This document shows positions 48,086 to 57,983 of a DNA stretch of 64,000 nucleotides, in pieces. How positions within the stretch are numbered: the first letter of the stretch is position 1; each line of letters starts with the position of its first letter. The stretch is from a phage: the sequence record PZ445498.1; one strand, given 5' to 3'. The position numbers and the translations under genes were made by a program. The notes under the pieces are model-generated. The model was given only the letters and a program-made list of their open reading frames with translations. It made no database searches and was not told the origin of the DNA.

Positions 48086-48118
48086 AAAGCCAGATCGACT
48101 AGCGACCTGGCTGATTCA
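48086..48118 (-). terminator. intrinsic terminator after nrdD
   Basis: AGCCAG...CTGGCT hairpin followed by TTTTATTTTATTT on the minus strand. Confidence 0.6.
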
Positions 48119-49993
48119 TTATTTAGCTCTTACATCTGCATGCTTGATTCGTCCCATAACCTCATGCTGTTTACCTGGGTTAAATGGGCGTGCACCTGGA
48201 TTACCAAGGTACCCACAAACACGACGTGTTACCTCAAGAGTCTCAGGATCATGGTTGCCACAAATTGGGCATTTAAATCCATCTTCAGAAGCAATTGTTT
48301 CGCCTAAGAATCCACACTCACCACAAGAATCAACTGGAGTATTAATACCAAAGTAGTGAACTTTACTTGCAGCATAGTTAATTACCCATTCTAGGGCATC
48401 TGGGAATTTCTTCATGTCAGGTAATTCCACGTAGGAAATGCACCCACCAGAAGCAATAGGAGTAAAGTTAGACTCATAATCAAATTTCACATTTGGAGCA
48501 ACCTTACGTTCTACATCAAGGTGATGGGAGTTAGTGTAATATCCTTTAGCCAGAATATCCTCATGCTCTGGGAAGTACTCACGGTCTAGACGACAGAAGC
48601 GATCACACAGAGATTCAGATGGTGTAGCATACAGACTATAACCTAACTGAGTCTCTTCCTTCTTCTGATCAGCACGATCACGCATATATTGTAGCACACG
48701 TTGAACGAACTTGATACAAGACTCAGACATTGTATCTACATCTTTACCAAACATGAGCTGCAACATTTCGTGGCAACCAATATATCCTAGAGATACGGAA
48801 GCACGCTTGTAGAAATGATCAAATACATATTCATCTGGCCCCAGACGTAATCCAAAGGCTCCTGACATATAGAGGATGGGCGCAGCTTTAGCTTGAATGT
48901 ATTTTAAGCGATCAACCCTCCACTCCAATGCTTTTAACGCGGTATCCACACGCAGCTCAAGCAGATCGAAGAATAGATCAATATTTCCTTCCGCTTCGAT
49001 AGCGATTCGAGGAAGGTTTACGGAAACAACGCCTAAGTTGTTACGACCAGAAGTTTCACCATCTTCCGCAGCAGCCAGGAATGAACGACAGCCCATAGAG
49101 ACTTTGTAGTCTCCCGTAACTTCTACAACCTTATCATAACTGATGTAGTCAGGATACATACGTTCAGCAGTACATTTCATAGCTAACTTCTTGATATCAT
49201 AGTTAACATCACCAGGTTTCATGTTTACGCCATCACGCAAAACAAATACCAGTTTAGGGAAGATAGCTGTACGTTTATTGATACCCAAACCATCCATACG
49301 CACTTCTAGGATTGCTTTCTGTACAAGACGTGCTTCCCAAGAAGTTCCTAGACCAAACCCAAAGGTAATAAACGGACTTTGACCATTAGAGTTGAACATC
49401 GTATTGATTTCATACTCCAGGCCCTGACAGGCATCGTAAACTTCTTTCTCAGTCATTTCCGTAGCCATTACAGATGCTTTGGCTTCATCCTTAGTCCAAC
49501 GTTTTGCAAACGCATGATTCTTATCATAAGACTTACGAACATAAGGAGCCAGTACTTCATCTAATCGGTCTACAGAAGTACCACCATATTGATGGGAGCT
49601 AACCTGAGTAATAATCTGAGCTGTAATAGCAGCCGCAGTAGTAATGGAGTTTGGCGTACTGATTTCAGCATTACCAACCTTCATACCGTTTTTCAACATA
49701 TCTTCCAAAGCAACCAGGCAACAGTTAGTCATACCTAATGCAGCGTAATCAGCATCATGGAAGTGAATATCACCAATCATGTGAGCATTTCGAATCTGGA
49801 TTGGCATTTCTTCCAGAATCAGATATTTACTCAATTCCCCTGCAAGCATATCCCTTTGTGTAGGGAAACGTTCTGAGGGCTTATTGGCATTATTAAACAG
49901 CAGCTCTTCATCTGCTGAACCTTCGATAATTTCTTTGCAGTTTCGAATTAAGGACTGCATTCCTTTATATTTTAGTTCTTCATTGCGATTCAT
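48119..49993 (-). CDS. nrdD: anaerobic ribonucleoside-triphosphate reductase (class III)
   Basis: 624 aa; C-terminal glycyl-radical motif RVCGYLG preceded by a Cys cluster (CGECG...CPICG). Confidence 0.85.
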   Translation of the reverse strand: MNRNEELKYKGMQSLIRNCKEIIEGSADEELLFNNANKPSERFPTQRDMLAGELSKYLILEEMPIQIRNAHMIGDIHFHDADYAALGMTNCCLVALEDMLKNGMKVGNAEISTPNSITTAAAITAQIITQVSSHQYGGTSVDRLDEVLAPYVRKSYDKNHAFAKRWTKDEAKASVMATEMTEKEVYDACQGLEYEINTMFNSNGQSPFITFGFGLGTSWEARLVQKAILEVRMDGLGINKRTAIFPKLVFVLRDGVNMKPGDVNYDIKKLAMKCTAERMYPDYISYDKVVEVTGDYKVSMGCRSFLAAAEDGETSGRNNLGVVSVNLPRIAIEAEGNIDLFFDLLELRVDTALKALEWRVDRLKYIQAKAAPILYMSGAFGLRLGPDEYVFDHFYKRASVSLGYIGCHEMLQLMFGKDVDTMSESCIKFVQRVLQYMRDRADQKKEETQLGYSLYATPSESLCDRFCRLDREYFPEHEDILAKGYYTNSHHLDVERKVAPNVKFDYESNFTPIASGGCISYVELPDMKKFPDALEWVINYAASKVHYFGINTPVDSCGECGFLGETIASEDGFKCPICGNHDPETLEVTRRVCGYLGNPGARPFNPGKQHEVMGRIKHADVRAK

Positions 49994-50020
49994 TATACCC
50001 TCCTTCTCTAACTAAGACTA

Positions 50021-50049
50021 CTATTATAACTCATTAGAAGGCGGATGTC
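50021..50049 (-). promoter_or_regulatory. consensus sigma70 promoter for nrdD
   Basis: Reverse complement TTGACA-N17-TATAAT; AGGAGG Shine-Dalgarno before the ATG. Confidence 0.7.
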
Positions 50050-50102
50050 AACAATATTTTACTATAAAGTTCTGTAACATGATCTGAGTCAAAAAATTTT
50101 AT

Positions 50103-50131
50103 TTGCCAACCTCTATTAAAAATAGTATAAT
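50103..50131 (+). promoter_or_regulatory. sigma70-type promoter (distal, divergent from nrdD)
   Basis: TTGCCA-N17-TATAAT. Confidence 0.5.
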
Positions 50132-50242
50132 CACGCGCCCGTGTACGCGATATAAAATGATTATCTAGTACCATACATCTCCCAATAAAAGCAAGCAAAT
50201 TTTTTATTTAAATGCAATATCATAGGCTTATTTAAAATTGTA

Positions 50243-50271
50243 GTTGCTTTCTCCCGTATATATTGGTATAA
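50243..50271 (+). promoter_or_regulatory. early promoter upstream of phoH
   Basis: TTGCTT-N17-TATAAT. Confidence 0.6.
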
Positions 50272-50345
50272 TATATTTGTAAGTTGATAAACAAGATCTT
50301 TTTGTTGATCCTCTGTTAGCGAAGTACACTATAGGAGTGTTATTT

Positions 50346-51098
50346 ATGGGAAAAGCACGTCAAAAAAGAGAGAACCGCAATGGTTCAAGAAAGCGTGGCA
50401 ACAAGTATGAGAGTAACGTAATTCAAGCAGATTTCTCTGGTGATTACGCCAATCCAGTTGCTAAATCCCTAGTTGGTAAAAACCGTGAGCAAAAATCATA
50501 TATCAATATGATCAAGAACAACACAGTGACTGTGGGTATTGGTGAACCAGGTACTGGTAAAACCTTTATTCCGTCCGTTCTTGCAGCTCAGGAACTCGTA
50601 GACATTCACTCAGATATTGAGCAAGTGATCCTCGTGCGTCCGAACGAACCTCTAGGTAAATCTCTTGGTATGCTCCCAGGTGATCTGGCAGAAAAGCTAG
50701 AGCCTTGGTTGGAACCAATAGCCGATGGCATGAAATGGTCAATCGGTGATCACGCCTACAAAGGATATGTCGAACGTCAGAAAATTAAATTCCTGGCTAT
50801 CGAACATGCCCGTGGCCGAACTTTCAACAACTCCTATGTAATTGTCGATGAAGCTCAGAATATCTCCGTTGAAGCAATGATCTGTCTCTTGACTCGTGTA
50901 GGACAAGATTGTCGTTTAATTATCTGTGGGGATATAGCTCAGAAAGACATCAAGGGTGATTCAGGTCTAGCACTTCTTATGGAAGTCTATGAGAAGTACG
51001 AAAACTCTCCTTTCTCTATGATCGAACTGATCGACAACGTTCGCTCACCAGAGTCTAAAGCATTCTACGATATCTTTAAGGATATGGGGAAGGTGTAA
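50346..51098 (+). CDS. phoH: PhoH-like ATPase
   Basis: Walker A GEPGTGKT and Walker B VIVDEAQN; start at ATG 50346 with AGGAG Shine-Dalgarno. Confidence 0.8.
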   Translation: MGKARQKRENRNGSRKRGNKYESNVIQADFSGDYANPVAKSLVGKNREQKSYINMIKNNTVTVGIGEPGTGKTFIPSVLAAQELVDIHSDIEQVILVRPNEPLGKSLGMLPGDLAEKLEPWLEPIADGMKWSIGDHAYKGYVERQKIKFLAIEHARGRTFNNSYVIVDEAQNISVEAMICLLTRVGQDCRLIICGDIAQKDIKGDSGLALLMEVYEKYENSPFSMIELIDNVRSPESKAFYDIFKDMGKV

Positions 51099-51099
51099 T

Positions 51100-51342
51100 A
51101 TGGGAAACGTCGTACATCTGCACCGCAAAACTAAGATCCACCGTACTTCATTGAGTGCTGCTAATATGATTACACGTAAGGAAGGGGAAGAAAGTCCTAA
51201 GACTACCCTAGCGTGGAAAATTGTAGCCTCTAATCCAAATCGGCCTTTCAACTATAATGAACTGAGTACTTCTATAGACATTCTTATGGCTAAGGAAATA
51301 CGACAGAAACTAACTGATATGACCGATAAACTTAAATGGTAA
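51100..51342 (+). CDS. hypothetical protein
   Basis: 80-aa ORF translationally coupled to phoH; followed by a terminator. Confidence 0.4.
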   Translation: MGNVVHLHRKTKIHRTSLSAANMITRKEGEESPKTTLAWKIVASNPNRPFNYNELSTSIDILMAKEIRQKLTDMTDKLKW

Positions 51343-51349
51343 GACAGAC

Positions 51350-51383
51350 GAGCCTGGGTATGAAAATATCCGGGCTCTTTTTA
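51350..51383 (+). terminator. intrinsic terminator
   Basis: GAGCCTGG...CCGGGCTC stem followed by TTTTT. Confidence 0.6.
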
Positions 51384-51398
51384 TCTGTAAAATTGTAC

Positions 51399-51427
51399 TT
51401 GCAAAATGACTCAAAACAAAGTAGAAT
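51399..51427 (+). promoter_or_regulatory. early promoter upstream of nrdA
   Basis: TTGCAA-N17-TAGAAT; the ORF-track start at 51406 falls inside this promoter. Confidence 0.55.
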
Positions 51428-51465
51428 ATCTCCTAAATCCTGATAACTACAAAAAGGAAAGCCAA

Positions 51466-53799
51466 ATGAGCCATCGTATAGAAAAAGTAATTAAACGTGA
51501 CGGTACTGTTCAGGACTTTGCTCCTGAAAAACTCAATGATTGGGCTGCATGGGCATGTAAAGATACTGACGTAAGTTGGTCTGCCGTAGTTATGGCTGCC
51601 CTGAAAAATCTACCCAAAGGTGTTGTAGACTCCGATACACTCCAAGATGTGTTAATTAAAGCCGCTGAAGGTCTTATAAAAGACAATCCAGCATATGATA
51701 CTGTAGCAAAGGAATTACGTCTTGCGCAGATGCGTAAACGCCTATATGATTCCTTCGAACCACCTTCTCTGCGTTTCTTCCACGATCATATGGTTCGTGT
51801 TGGCGCTTGGGAAGACATGAGTGCATGGATTAGCGATGATCAGTTTGATGCTCTGAATCAAGTTATTGATCATGATCGCGATCGTTTATTCACTAGTGGT
51901 GGACTGAAACAGTTCTTCGACAAGTATTCCCGTCGTAATATTGCAACTGGTGAAATTTATGAAACTCCGCAGTTTGCCTACATGGGTATGGCAATGGCGA
52001 TGTTATCTCAACCTAACTGGACAATTCTAGATGCAATCGACCTCTACAATGCAATGTCGCTCCACAAAATCAACGTTCCTACGCCGCCACTGGTTGGTCT
52101 GCGCTCTAGTGACCGTGGATTTGCTAGTTGCTGCCTCGTGGATTCCACTGACACGCTGGATTCAATCGACACAGCCGAGCACATCGTCTTCAAAATGGTC
52201 GCAGCCAGAGCGGGAATCGGGTATCATCTTGAAAGCCGATCAATTGCTGATCCGGTGCGAAATGGGGCATTCCCGCATTCCGGAAAACTGCCATATTATC
52301 GACACATTGACCGATCAGTAAAAGCTAACACTCAGCAAACCCGTGGCGGTTCTGCTACTGTGTCTTATCCATACTTCGATCCTGAAATCATTCAGTTGAT
52401 GCAGGTTAAGCAGCAACGTGCTACAGACGAGAATAAAATCGATAAGATGGATTACTCTCTGAGCTTTAACAACCTTCTATTAAAACGTTACCTGAAAAAC
52501 GAAGATATTACGCTAATGTCCTACTTCTACGCACCAGAAGTTCATGAAGCGTTTTATGGCGAAGATGAGGCTAAGTTTGAAGAAATCTACGTGGCAGCGG
52601 AGAAACGTGTGGCTTCTCTTACAAAGATCGACCACGAAGGAAAAACAATTCCAGCAGCTCCTAGAATCTCTGCAAAAGAAATCCTAGATACTTGGTTACG
52701 TATCCGTATGGAAACAGGGCGTATGTATGCTCATCACATTGGTGAATCTAACCGTCATGGTAACTTCCTTGACCCGATTCGTATGACCAACCTATGTGTT
52801 GAAATTACTCAGCCAACCAGGCCATTCCATCACATTACGGAGCTGTATAAGACCCAAGATCAGTTAGATGATATGCGTCCAGAAGATATTGGCGAAGTAT
52901 CTCTGTGTAACTTAGGTGGAGTTGTACTAGGACGCATGGAATCTCTGGCTGAATGGGAAAAAACTTGCTACATTCTTCTGAAATTCGTTGATACCATCAT
53001 TGAAATTCAGGACTATCCGTTCCCTACTATGGAATACACGGCTAAGAAGCGTCGTAACGTAGGTATTGGTCTGATGAACGCAGCAGGTGCAATGGCAGCA
53101 GAAGGTCTGGCTTACGAAGGTGAAGAAGCCCGTAACTGGATTCACCGTGAAGCTGAGAAACTTTCTTACTTCCTGCATAAAGCCTCTGTACGTCTGGCTA
53201 AAGAACAAGGTGCATGTGACTGGTTTAATCGTACTAAACCATCCAAGGGGACTCTGGTAATCGACACGTATAAGAAAACTGTTGATGAACTGGTAACTGT
53301 AGATCTAGAAATGGATTGGGAATCTCTGCGTGCAGATATTCTGAAATATGGTATGCGTAACTCTGTTCTGACTGCTCAGATGCCCGGTGAAAGTTCCTCT
53401 GTACTGCTAGGTGTTACTAACTCTATCGAACCGCCTCGTAAGATTGTATCTATCAAGGGTAGTGCAGTGAATAAAGTAATTGCAATTGCTCCAGGTGCAA
53501 CTGATTGGGATACATTAATGAGTTATAAACTGGCTTATGATGTAGATCGTATCGAGTGGGTCAAATGGGTAGCAACCATGCAGAAATTCTTCAGTCAGTC
53601 TATAAGTACGAATATGTACTATGACTACACCAAGTTTGAGAATGAAATTATTCCTGGCCCAGTAGTAGTTCGTGATTTCATGACTGCTGTTAAGTACGGT
53701 TGGAAAACTTTCTACTATGCAAACTTTAACACCGAGAATGGTGGTGGTGCAGGGGAAGAAACTGCTGCTGGATGCGCATCTGGTGGTTGTCAATTATAA
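51466..53799 (+). CDS. nrdA: ribonucleoside-diphosphate reductase, large subunit (class Ia)
   Basis: ATP-cone-like N-terminus, catalytic Cys-containing core, C-terminal Cys pair (CASGGCQL); start at ATG 51466 (MSHRIEKV) after AAGGAAA. Confidence 0.9.
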   Translation: MSHRIEKVIKRDGTVQDFAPEKLNDWAAWACKDTDVSWSAVVMAALKNLPKGVVDSDTLQDVLIKAAEGLIKDNPAYDTVAKELRLAQMRKRLYDSFEPPSLRFFHDHMVRVGAWEDMSAWISDDQFDALNQVIDHDRDRLFTSGGLKQFFDKYSRRNIATGEIYETPQFAYMGMAMAMLSQPNWTILDAIDLYNAMSLHKINVPTPPLVGLRSSDRGFASCCLVDSTDTLDSIDTAEHIVFKMVAARAGIGYHLESRSIADPVRNGAFPHSGKLPYYRHIDRSVKANTQQTRGGSATVSYPYFDPEIIQLMQVKQQRATDENKIDKMDYSLSFNNLLLKRYLKNEDITLMSYFYAPEVHEAFYGEDEAKFEEIYVAAEKRVASLTKIDHEGKTIPAAPRISAKEILDTWLRIRMETGRMYAHHIGESNRHGNFLDPIRMTNLCVEITQPTRPFHHITELYKTQDQLDDMRPEDIGEVSLCNLGGVVLGRMESLAEWEKTCYILLKFVDTIIEIQDYPFPTMEYTAKKRRNVGIGLMNAAGAMAAEGLAYEGEEARNWIHREAEKLSYFLHKASVRLAKEQGACDWFNRTKPSKGTLVIDTYKKTVDELVTVDLEMDWESLRADILKYGMRNSVLTAQMPGESSSVLLGVTNSIEPPRKIVSIKGSAVNKVIAIAPGATDWDTLMSYKLAYDVDRIEWVKWVATMQKFFSQSISTNMYYDYTKFENEIIPGPVVVRDFMTAVKYGWKTFYYANFNTENGGGAGEETAAGCASGGCQL

Positions 53800-53808
53800 T
53801 AAAAACAA

Positions 53809-53836
53809 GGAGATCTTCGGGTCTCCTTTTTCTTTG
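53809..53836 (+). terminator. intrinsic terminator after nrdA
   Basis: GGAGATC-TTCG-GGTCTCC hairpin followed by TTTTTCTTT. Confidence 0.8.
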
Positions 53837-53845
53837 AAATTTTAC

Positions 53846-53874
53846 TTGCTAATCGCTACCAGATTTGCTATAAT
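53846..53874 (+). promoter_or_regulatory. early promoter driving the HNH endonuclease gene
   Basis: TTGCTA-N17-TATAAT. Confidence 0.65.
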
Positions 53875-53898
53875 ATCTCTATATTAAGGAGATATACT

Positions 53899-54417
53899 GT
53901 GAAACCTCAACTAACAAAAGAATTTCTAGAGAAATATCTAGAACTCAGAGAAGATACTCTCTATTGGAAGCCAAGAGAGACTAATAAAGGTGGATTTAAT
54001 ACTAGATTTGCTGGAAAACCTGTAGGAGCCGTCAATGGAAATGGCTACCTATGCTTCCGACTTAACGTGGAAGGTTATAGATGGGAATTAAGAAATCATG
54101 TAGTAATCTTCTGTCTCTATTATGGATATTACCCAACTAAGACAGTAGACCATAAAGATACAAATAAACTTAATAACCATCCTTTAAATCTACGAGAATC
54201 AACCGATGCTGGTAATGCCCAAAATAGGGGAGCCGGTAAAAACAATACCCATGGACATAAAAACCTAGAGCCTCTTAGTTCAGGAAACTGGAGGGTTAGG
54301 ATAACACACAACGGTACTGTTTACAGATCTTCCGCAATGCCTCTAGAAAAAGCTCTAGAACATAGAGATATTAAACTTAAAGAATTTCATGGCGAATACG
54401 CTAATAATGGAGAATAA
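53899..54417 (+). CDS. HNH homing endonuclease inserted between nrdA and nrdB
   Basis: 172 aa, GTG start after AGGAG; motif GYRWELRNHVVIFCLYYGYYPTKTVDHKDTNKLNNHPLNLR typical of HNH_3-type homing endonucleases. Confidence 0.7.
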   Translation: MKPQLTKEFLEKYLELREDTLYWKPRETNKGGFNTRFAGKPVGAVNGNGYLCFRLNVEGYRWELRNHVVIFCLYYGYYPTKTVDHKDTNKLNNHPLNLRESTDAGNAQNRGAGKNNTHGHKNLEPLSSGNWRVRITHNGTVYRSSAMPLEKALEHRDIKLKEFHGEYANNGE

Positions 54418-54420
54418 TTA

Positions 54421-55566
54421 ATGACAACCTTACTAAATCTGAACTGGAATCCTGATTCTGAAGAGCTATTTCTCGGAGATGCCCTGGGAGTAGCAGACTA
54501 TGTTCGTGTTGCTCATCCAGAGCTAGAACGACTCGCACTATTACAGAGGAGCCAGTTTTGGACTGAAACTGAAATCAGTCTAGAAAGTGACAAAAAGCAA
54601 TGGCCTAATCTTCCAAGAGAAATACAAGAAATCACTCTGCTGAACTTAGCTTGGCAGGTTCAAACAGATTCTTTCATTAGTCGTGCTCCTGAGGCAGCTA
54701 TTATGCCACTTGTAAGCCGTCCTGAATTGGAAGGTATGCTCAAGCAGTGGAGCTACTTCGAAGATCTGCATAGCCGTGCATATAGTAACATTATTCGTAA
54801 CGTTCTGACTGATCCAGCAGAATTTATTGATTCTGTAACTAAAAACCAAGAAGCATTTGCACGTATCGCAGATTCTGTTGAACTGTTTGATGAATTGTAT
54901 CTGTTAGGCCAGTATTTCCTTGCAGTACGTGATCATCGTGGTGATAATACTTATCCAGAAACTGAGTTCCCTGAAGTTAAACGTGAAACTCAGGCTAAAC
55001 TGTTAGACGCTTACTTTGCAATCTACGGTCTGGAAGCAATGCAGTTCTACGCATCCTTTGCATGTACCTTTGCTCTAGCAGAGAACGATATTCTGCAAGG
55101 TATTGCTAAGAACCTGCAATTAATCGCTAAAGATGAAGCTCTACATACTCAAATGTCTAAAGCTATCATCCAGATTATGTTCCAGCAGTTTGATAAAGAT
55201 CTGGTAGATGAAGCATTAGCTAAAGCACCAACACAACTCCTAAAAACTCTGAAAACTGAGATTGAATGGGGTCACTTTATCTTTAAAGGCCGTAGTCTGA
55301 TTGGTTTGAACGCAGAACTGCTTGAAGAATACCTTTACTTTGTAGGACGTAACGCATTTATGCACATTGGTGTAGAATGGCCAAGCCACTTACCTGTAAT
55401 TACTAAGAACCCTATTCCGTGGATTATGAACTGGCTGGATACTACTTCCTTACAGCCTGCCCCACAAGAAATCCAGATTGGTGCAGCATATCGTGTGGGT
55501 CAGGTAACTGAAACTTCTGCTGATACCCTGAAAGATCTGGGTAACGAATTTGAGGGCATGTTCTAA
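54421..55566 (+). CDS. nrdB: ribonucleoside-diphosphate reductase, small subunit
   Basis: 381 aa; di-iron ligand motifs (E..H) and FYASF radical-site region. Confidence 0.85.
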   Translation: MTTLLNLNWNPDSEELFLGDALGVADYVRVAHPELERLALLQRSQFWTETEISLESDKKQWPNLPREIQEITLLNLAWQVQTDSFISRAPEAAIMPLVSRPELEGMLKQWSYFEDLHSRAYSNIIRNVLTDPAEFIDSVTKNQEAFARIADSVELFDELYLLGQYFLAVRDHRGDNTYPETEFPEVKRETQAKLLDAYFAIYGLEAMQFYASFACTFALAENDILQGIAKNLQLIAKDEALHTQMSKAIIQIMFQQFDKDLVDEALAKAPTQLLKTLKTEIEWGHFIFKGRSLIGLNAELLEEYLYFVGRNAFMHIGVEWPSHLPVITKNPIPWIMNWLDTTSLQPAPQEIQIGAAYRVGQVTETSADTLKDLGNEFEGMF

Positions 55567-56096
55567 TGATAGCAGCAATCTATGCAACTGGGCCGAATGG
55601 GGAGTTCGGCCTCAATGGTAAACTCCCTTGGGGTTCTTTCAAAGAAGAACTAAATACTTTCTATGCTACTTTGGATTCTCTAGCACCTGATAATATTATT
55701 GTAGGAGCAGGAACTTGGTTAGCCTTCCCTGAGACTCTGCAAAAAAGAATACTAGGAGATTCTGACCTATTTATTTATGCAAATAGACCACTACCTAACT
55801 CTGTAGGATCAGCTACACGCATAAGCAACATTGGATACCGTCTGCCTGATTTTCTCAAGGAAGAGGTAACTGTAGTATTAGGGGGAGCAACTCTGCTTCT
55901 TGAAATGTATGTCAAAAATCATCTAGATATGGCGTATATCTCTACTATTACTTCAGCCACACCATTATCTGCTGATGTACATCTGCATCATCATATTACT
56001 TTAACTAATTCAATGGCAACTAGAATGGACTATGTGGCAGGACAGAATGCAGATAAAACGCTTTCATTCTTACAAGAATTGGTGATATTTAAATGA
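55566..56096 (+). CDS. frd: dihydrofolate reductase
   Basis: 176 aa; N-terminal [22 protein letters not shown] matches the DHFR signature. Confidence 0.8.
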   Translation: MIAAIYATGPNGEFGLNGKLPWGSFKEELNTFYATLDSLAPDNIIVGAGTWLAFPETLQKRILGDSDLFIYANRPLPNSVGSATRISNIGYRLPDFLKEEVTVVLGGATLLLEMYVKNHLDMAYISTITSATPLSADVHLHHHITLTNSMATRMDYVAGQNADKTLSFLQELVIFK

Positions 56097-56947
56097 AGCA
56101 ATATATTGAAACTGGAAAACGTATTCTTGAAGAGGGTGTATGGGTAACGAATCCTAGAACAGGGGTTCGTTGCCTAACCATTATTGATGCAGACTTTACC
56201 TTTAACGTAGGAGCAGGAGAACTGCCGCTAGTAACTACTCGTAAAGCATTTGCTAAACAAGCAATAATGGAAATGATCGGATATCTCCGTGGGTACGACT
56301 CAGCAGCACAATTCCGCGCTATTGGTGTTAATACATGGAATGCTAATGCAAATGAAAATATTGCCTGGCTAGGTAATCCATTCCGTAAAGGCGAGGATGA
56401 TATGGGACGAGTTTATGGTGTTCAAGGACGTCATTGGACTAATTCTGATGGTATGGTATTTGATCAGTTAGCCAAAGTCTATCATAATTTGAAAAGAGGG
56501 ATTGACGATCGTGGAGAAATTTTAACTTTTTGGAACCCTGGGGAATTTCGTAAAGGATGCCTACGTCCATGTATGCATACCCATCAATTCTCTATTTTAG
56601 GTGATACACTATACCTAAACTCTTTCCAGAGGTCTAATGATTTCTTGCTGGGCCAAGTATTTAATATGGTGCAATGCTATGCACTTCTAGCTATTATGGC
56701 ACAGATTACAGGTCTTAAGCCAGGTATTGCTCGTCAAAAGATTATTAATCTTCATATCTATGAAGATCAGTATAATGTTCTGATGGAGCACAAGCAATTC
56801 GATCGTGAACCTTTTGCACCTCCTACTTTAGAAATCAATCCAAATATTAGAACTTTGGATGATGTATTAACGTGGGTAAGTAAGGATGATTTTACTGTTC
56901 GTGGCTATGAACACCATCCTGCTATTGCATATCCATTTACGGTGTAA
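56093..56947 (+). CDS. td: thymidylate synthase
   Basis: 284 aa; catalytic-Cys region [11 protein letters not shown] and downstream [14 protein letters not shown] pattern resembling ThyA. Confidence 0.8.
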   Translation: MKQYIETGKRILEEGVWVTNPRTGVRCLTIIDADFTFNVGAGELPLVTTRKAFAKQAIMEMIGYLRGYDSAAQFRAIGVNTWNANANENIAWLGNPFRKGEDDMGRVYGVQGRHWTNSDGMVFDQLAKVYHNLKRGIDDRGEILTFWNPGEFRKGCLRPCMHTHQFSILGDTLYLNSFQRSNDFLLGQVFNMVQCYALLAIMAQITGLKPGIARQKIINLHIYEDQYNVLMEHKQFDREPFAPPTLEINPNIRTLDDVLTWVSKDDFTVRGYEHHPAIAYPFTV

Positions 56948-56950
56948 CAT

Positions 56951-57304
56951 ATGTTAATTATACTATTATTTGTCATATTCTTTCTAAAACATTTTATGGC
57001 CGATTATCCACTCCAAACACCATATATGCTAAGAAAGACGCATAAAATAGGGTGGAAACTTCCATTATTAACCCATTCGCTAGTACATGCTGGATTAACA
57101 TTTGCAATTCTAATCCTATTCACATCACCAGGAATGTCTATAGCTTTAGCTATTATGGAATTAATTCTACACTTTATTATAGATTATTGGAAAGCACAAC
57201 GCTGTAAATACGCTATAAGCGATGCTAAGTTTTGGATAGCTTTAGGATTTGATCAGTTACTACATTATCTGACATACGCCCTAATAATCTTGATTATAAT
57301 CTAA
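56951..57304 (+). CDS. integral membrane protein (hypothetical)
   Basis: 117 aa with 3-4 hydrophobic helices. Confidence 0.45.
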   Translation: MLIILLFVIFFLKHFMADYPLQTPYMLRKTHKIGWKLPLLTHSLVHAGLTFAILILFTSPGMSIALAIMELILHFIIDYWKAQRCKYAISDAKFWIALGFDQLLHYLTYALIILIII

Positions 57305-57310
57305 TTCAAA

Positions 57311-57335
57311 TAGCCCTTCGGGGCTATTATATTTA
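57311..57335 (+). terminator. intrinsic terminator
   Basis: AGCCC-TTCG-GGGCT hairpin followed by ATTATATTT. Confidence 0.6.
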
Positions 57336-57343
57336 AATTTCAT

Positions 57344-57372
57344 TTGCTTACTGAGTGAAATTCAAATATAAT
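57344..57372 (+). promoter_or_regulatory. early promoter
   Basis: TTGCTT-N17-TATAAT. Confidence 0.65.
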
Positions 57373-57402
57373 ATACTTCTAATTTGACAGAAGGATTTAA
57401 TA

Positions 57403-57981
57403 ATGACAGCCATAGTAGCATTTAAATATAAAGATAAAGTATACTTAGCTGGTGATCGTATGGGTTCTAATGGCTATACGAAACTGCTGGTTAAAAATCC
57501 GAAAGTATTCAAAATCTCTGATGATTTGTACTTCGGATACACTAGTTCCTTCTACATGGGACAATTACTAGAGCATAGCTTTACTGTACCACCACGTTTA
57601 GCAGATATTTCTGATGATAAATATTTATACACGGAAATAGTACCTAAATTACGTGATATGTTTAACCAGAAAGATTTTGGCGAAAAGAAAAATGAAAAAT
57701 ATGCTGAACCTAATCTGGGACAATTTATTATGCTCTACAAAGGAAGAATCTTTATTTTCCAATCTAATGCTTCTATTCTAGAAGTTGAATATGCCGGTGT
57801 AGGCTGTGGAGGAGAAGATGTACTTTCCAGTATTCGTACAGGTTTAGCTATTGCGGATTGTCGAGCCACAGATTTAGATGTAGATGATATATTTGAAATC
57901 ATTGATCTGGCTTTTACGCATTGTGCAGATTATATGTGTGGTGTATCTTCTCAACATGATGTTTTAGTAATTGGAGAATAA
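57403..57981 (+). CDS. HslV/proteasome-beta-like (Ntn-hydrolase) peptidase homolog
   Basis: 192 aa; N-terminal MTAIVAFKYKDKVYLAGDRMGSNG parallels HslV [20 protein letters not shown] (Thr right after Met); later GVGCGG parallels HslV GSGG. Confidence 0.5.
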   Translation: MTAIVAFKYKDKVYLAGDRMGSNGYTKLLVKNPKVFKISDDLYFGYTSSFYMGQLLEHSFTVPPRLADISDDKYLYTEIVPKLRDMFNQKDFGEKKNEKYAEPNLGQFIMLYKGRIFIFQSNASILEVEYAGVGCGGEDVLSSIRTGLAIADCRATDLDVDDIFEIIDLAFTHCADYMCGVSSQHDVLVIGE

Positions 57982-57983
57982 AT

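Noticed and set aside
51406-51465. Upstream ATG (51406) as start of nrdA
   Set aside because: This ATG lies inside the spacer of the TTGCAA-N17-TAGAAT promoter and lacks a Shine-Dalgarno; ATG 51466 is preceded by AAGGAAA at proper spacing.
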